A stretch of 64,000 nt of DNA from an uncultured Chloroflexia bacterium (GTDB taxonomy: Bacteria; Chloroflexota; Limnocylindria; Limnocylindrales; CSP1-4). The notes below the pieces were generated by a model. That model had not been told where the DNA came from and ran no database searches. It saw nothing but the letters and a program-made list of their open reading frames with translations. A program made the translations under genes and the position numbers. Shown here in pieces: positions 61,509 through 64,000 of the stretch (its first letter is position 1; each line of letters opens with the position of its first letter). The DNA lies in NCBI GenBank assembly GCA_963746845.1, contig CAVVCZ010000002.1, forward strand, positions 64,001-128,000, read 5' to 3'.

Positions 61509-62651
61509 TCAGCGGACCAGCTGGATGGCGCCCGAGTAGGTGACGAGCAGGTTCGGGTCCGGCGAGTCGTACGGGTTGCCGGTCGCCGGATCGAGTCCGA
61601 GCCGAAGAACGCCCTCGATGTCCTTGCCTCCCTTGATGTGGACGATCTCGAACGCCGAGTAGCCGACGATGTGGTAATAGCCGTTGCTGCCGTTGCCGTT
61701 TGCGGTGTCCCAGATCGGAACCCAGACCCACAGGTTGTTCGTCTCGACGTAGTCCACGCCCGGCGTCCCGTCATTGACAGACGCCTTGTTGCCCGGAAGG
61801 CTCCCGATGTCATTGCCATTTCCGGCGGCCGCCGAGGCGCTGACGCTCGTGCAGCAGCCGTACGTGTTCGGCGGCGCCGGCGGCGTCCCCCACTCGGTAT
61901 CGAGGAACGGCTTGCTGTTGGAACAGCCGCCCGACGAGCCCTGGCCAAGACCGAACGGGTCGTTGTTGGCATCCGGTCCGCTGCAACCGAACTTCAGCCA
62001 GCCGAACCCACCCGGGAGGTTCAGGGCTCCGGGCGTCAGGTGCTGGGTTCCGCACGACTCGGCCGTCTGTCCGGCCGGGCAGGTGGGGAAGGCTCCGGCA
62101 CCCTTGACGGAAGCAAGCGACACGCCGATCGGGACGACTCCGCCGCCGCCGCCGGTTGACGGCGAGATGGCGACCGCATTGGCACTGGCGATCCAGTTGT
62201 TGACGCCGATGAGACCGAGGAAGAACGGCCGCCACGAGGTCTGGGCGACGAGGGAAACGCCCTGCGCGGTCACGGGAACCTTGCCCGCAAGGCCCGGGTC
62301 GCCCACGTACGTCAGTCGGGTACCTGAACGGTCGACGTACCGCGGGCCGGTCGCAGCGTCGAACGTGATGGGCTGGGCGTGGTTCGACGCGAGAACGGCG
62401 GTGATCGCGCCCTGGACATTCCCGTCTGCTCCATTGACGGTGTCACCGAGCCGGGCCAGGGCAACGACTCTCGCGCCGGCAGTCGCGGCGAAGTCTGCGG
62501 CGTTCTGCGCCGTGCGTCGCTGGGCGAACGCGAACCCTCCGTCGACCACGAGCCCGATGACGAGGACGAGTGCGATCAGCGCCAAGGCAAACAGGACGAT
62601 CATCTGGCCCCGAGCGCGGCGAGCGGGGATGGGCATGCTGTTGTTCCTCAC
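61509..62651 (-). CDS. TadG-like pilus assembly protein (Tad domain)
   Basis: RGQMIVLFAL...LVVDGG....QRR.AQNAAD.AA.AGA. Confidence 0.85.
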   Translation of the reverse strand: MRNNSMPIPARRARGQMIVLFALALIALVLVIGLVVDGGFAFAQRRTAQNAADFAATAGARVVALARLGDTVNGADGNVQGAITAVLASNHAQPITFDAATGPRYVDRSGTRLTYVGDPGLAGKVPVTAQGVSLVAQTSWRPFFLGLIGVNNWIASANAVAISPSTGGGGGVVPIGVSLASVKGAGAFPTCPAGQTAESCGTQHLTPGALNLPGGFGWLKFGCSGPDANNDPFGLGQGSSGGCSNSKPFLDTEWGTPPAPPNTYGCCTSVSASAAAGNGNDIGSLPGNKASVNDGTPGVDYVETNNLWVWVPIWDTANGNGSNGYYHIVGYSAFEIVHIKGGKDIEGVLRLGLDPATGNPYDSPDPNLLVTYSGAIQLVR

Positions 62652-63206
62652 CTAGTTGATCGCCATGGACGCTGACGCGGAGCGAGCGACGGAGCCGATG
62701 ATCACCGCGGCAATGGGCGTGATCGGTCGATAGGTGAACGAGATCCGCACGGACACGATATCGCCGGGCTTCTTCCGGAACACGTGGCGGGCGATGCTGC
62801 CCAATTGCCGGTCGGGGGGCTGCCCGCAGCGTCGCACCGTAGATCCACGCTGGCGATGGTCCCCACGCCAGCCGTTTCGCGGTTCACGGCGTTCGTCACG
62901 TCAGTCAGGAGGTTGGCCGGCGCGTTCGGGCAGACGTGAGCTCCAGGGGTTGATGGTTGGATTGATGGCTGCCGCGGTCGCGACGCAGCTCGGGTCATCG
63001 GCGACCGTCTTCCCGATCCAGCCGGCTTCAACGGCGCCGACTCGAGCACCCTCGCGAGCAGCCTGCGACAGCACGCTGTCGGTGAAGACAAAGCGGCCAC
63101 CGTCGATGAGCCCGAACAGGATCAGCAGGAACACGGGCAGGACCAGCGCGGTCTCGACCAGCGCTTGCCCGCGCCGCGAACTGGTACGCACTCGGTCAGG
63201 GACCAT
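62652..63206 (-). CDS. TadE family protein (frameshifted)
   Basis: RGQALVE.ALVLP.F.....G.ID.G, AAREGAR, V.V.I.FTY.PITP. Confidence 0.82.
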
Positions 63207-63219
63207 CGAGGCGTCAGGT

Positions 63220-64000
63220 CTACTTGCCAAGGGTCAGTACCGGCTGACTGAAGGTGTCCGAGGACCCACTTCGAGAGACCTTGAGCGTCACGGTGTACAA
63301 GTCGCCTGCGACGGAAAATCGTGACTGGGTGATGCTCGTTCGTTCGGGCCCGGTGCTGCCGTCGCCGAAGTCCCAGAGCCACGCGGTCACTGCGCACCCG
63401 GACGGCGGAGCGGGGGTCGAAGCGTCCGAGAACACCACCGGCTTGTTCTTCTTGGATTGGCTGAAGGTGAAGTCCGCAACGATGGCGCACGGGTCCGGTG
63501 TCGGCGTCGGGGCGGGTGTCGCCGCGGGAGTCGGGGCGGGGTTGTACACGGCCGAAGTCGCGGAGGCCGTCATGGTCAGCGTTCCGAACATGCCCCCGAT
63601 GATCGGCGTCAGGAAGGTGAATGGCCGGCTGACGGCAACGGTGACCTGGTTTCCCGTCCCGCTGCTGGTTGCCACCGCGGTCGAGCAGCTGATAACGACC
63701 GGCGGGGCCGCGGTGGTCTGACAGACTGGGGGATTGACGGTCAACGCACCCTCGCCGCCCTGGGTCTGGGTATTCGCCTCCTGGCCTGCACGCGACGCGA
63801 TGCTTGCCTGCGGCACCGTGGGGTCGATTGCCACATATGCCGCGGCCTCTCGCGCGGCATTCGTGACCTCGACATATGAGAAATAGAGCCGTCCAAAGTC
63901 GATCGCAACGAGCAGCAGCAGGATCATGATCGGCAGGATCAGCGCGAACTCCGCCAGGGCCTGCCCCCTCGTGGGAGTCTCGCTGGCGCGGGGCTGACGT
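63220..64000 (-). CDS. TadE family protein with C-terminal PKD domain (start outside the window)
   Basis: RGQALAEFALILP, IDFGR, NAAREAA, WLWDFGDG, YTVTLKV. Confidence 0.87.
   Translation of the reverse strand, partial: RQPRASETPTRGQALAEFALILPIMILLLLVAIDFGRLYFSYVEVTNAAREAAAYVAIDPTVPQASIASRAGQEANTQTQGGEGALTVNPPVCQTTAAPPVVISCSTAVATSSGTGNQVTVAVSRPFTFLTPIIGGMFGTLTMTASATSAVYNPAPTPAATPAPTPTPDPCAIVADFTFSQSKKNKPVVFSDASTPAPPSGCAVTAWLWDFGDGSTGPERTSITQSRFSVAGDLYTVTLKVSRSGSSDTFSQPVLTLGK

Overview
High-GC bacterial DNA. The gene repertoire (many ECF sigma factor/membrane-anchored partner pairs, Pro/Ser-linker lipoproteins, Tad genes) resembles Chloroflexota class Limnocylindria, but that assignment is inference only. 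About 15 otherwise conserved genes carry single-base frameshifts, most likely long-read consensus errors. The main structural signal is one intact tRNA-Thr(CGT) (19629-19703, minus strand) surrounded by pieces of itself: one displaced 3' half (14095-14139), three 5' halves (21731, 25218, 27949) and one decayed copy (about 38014-38072). The halves break at or inside the 7-nt anticodon loop. Two short integrase-free units (19667-21737 and about 25214-27955) have homologous left ends and homologous right ends, with a CGAACAGCTGATAAGTGTG motif at conserved spacing, but unrelated cargo. This suggests an array of non-autonomous cassettes that restore the tRNA from its 5' side. Other content: five ECF/anti-sigma-like pairs (two with kelch propellers), a tandem class III cyclase-ATPase-TPR protein with complementary catalytic halves, a CarH/LitR-type B12 regulator facing a furan/cyclopropane fatty acid-type operon, a 2-oxoacid:ferredoxin oxidoreductase operon, two ABC exporters, VapBC, a glycosyltransferase/glycosidase operon and Tad pilus genes.
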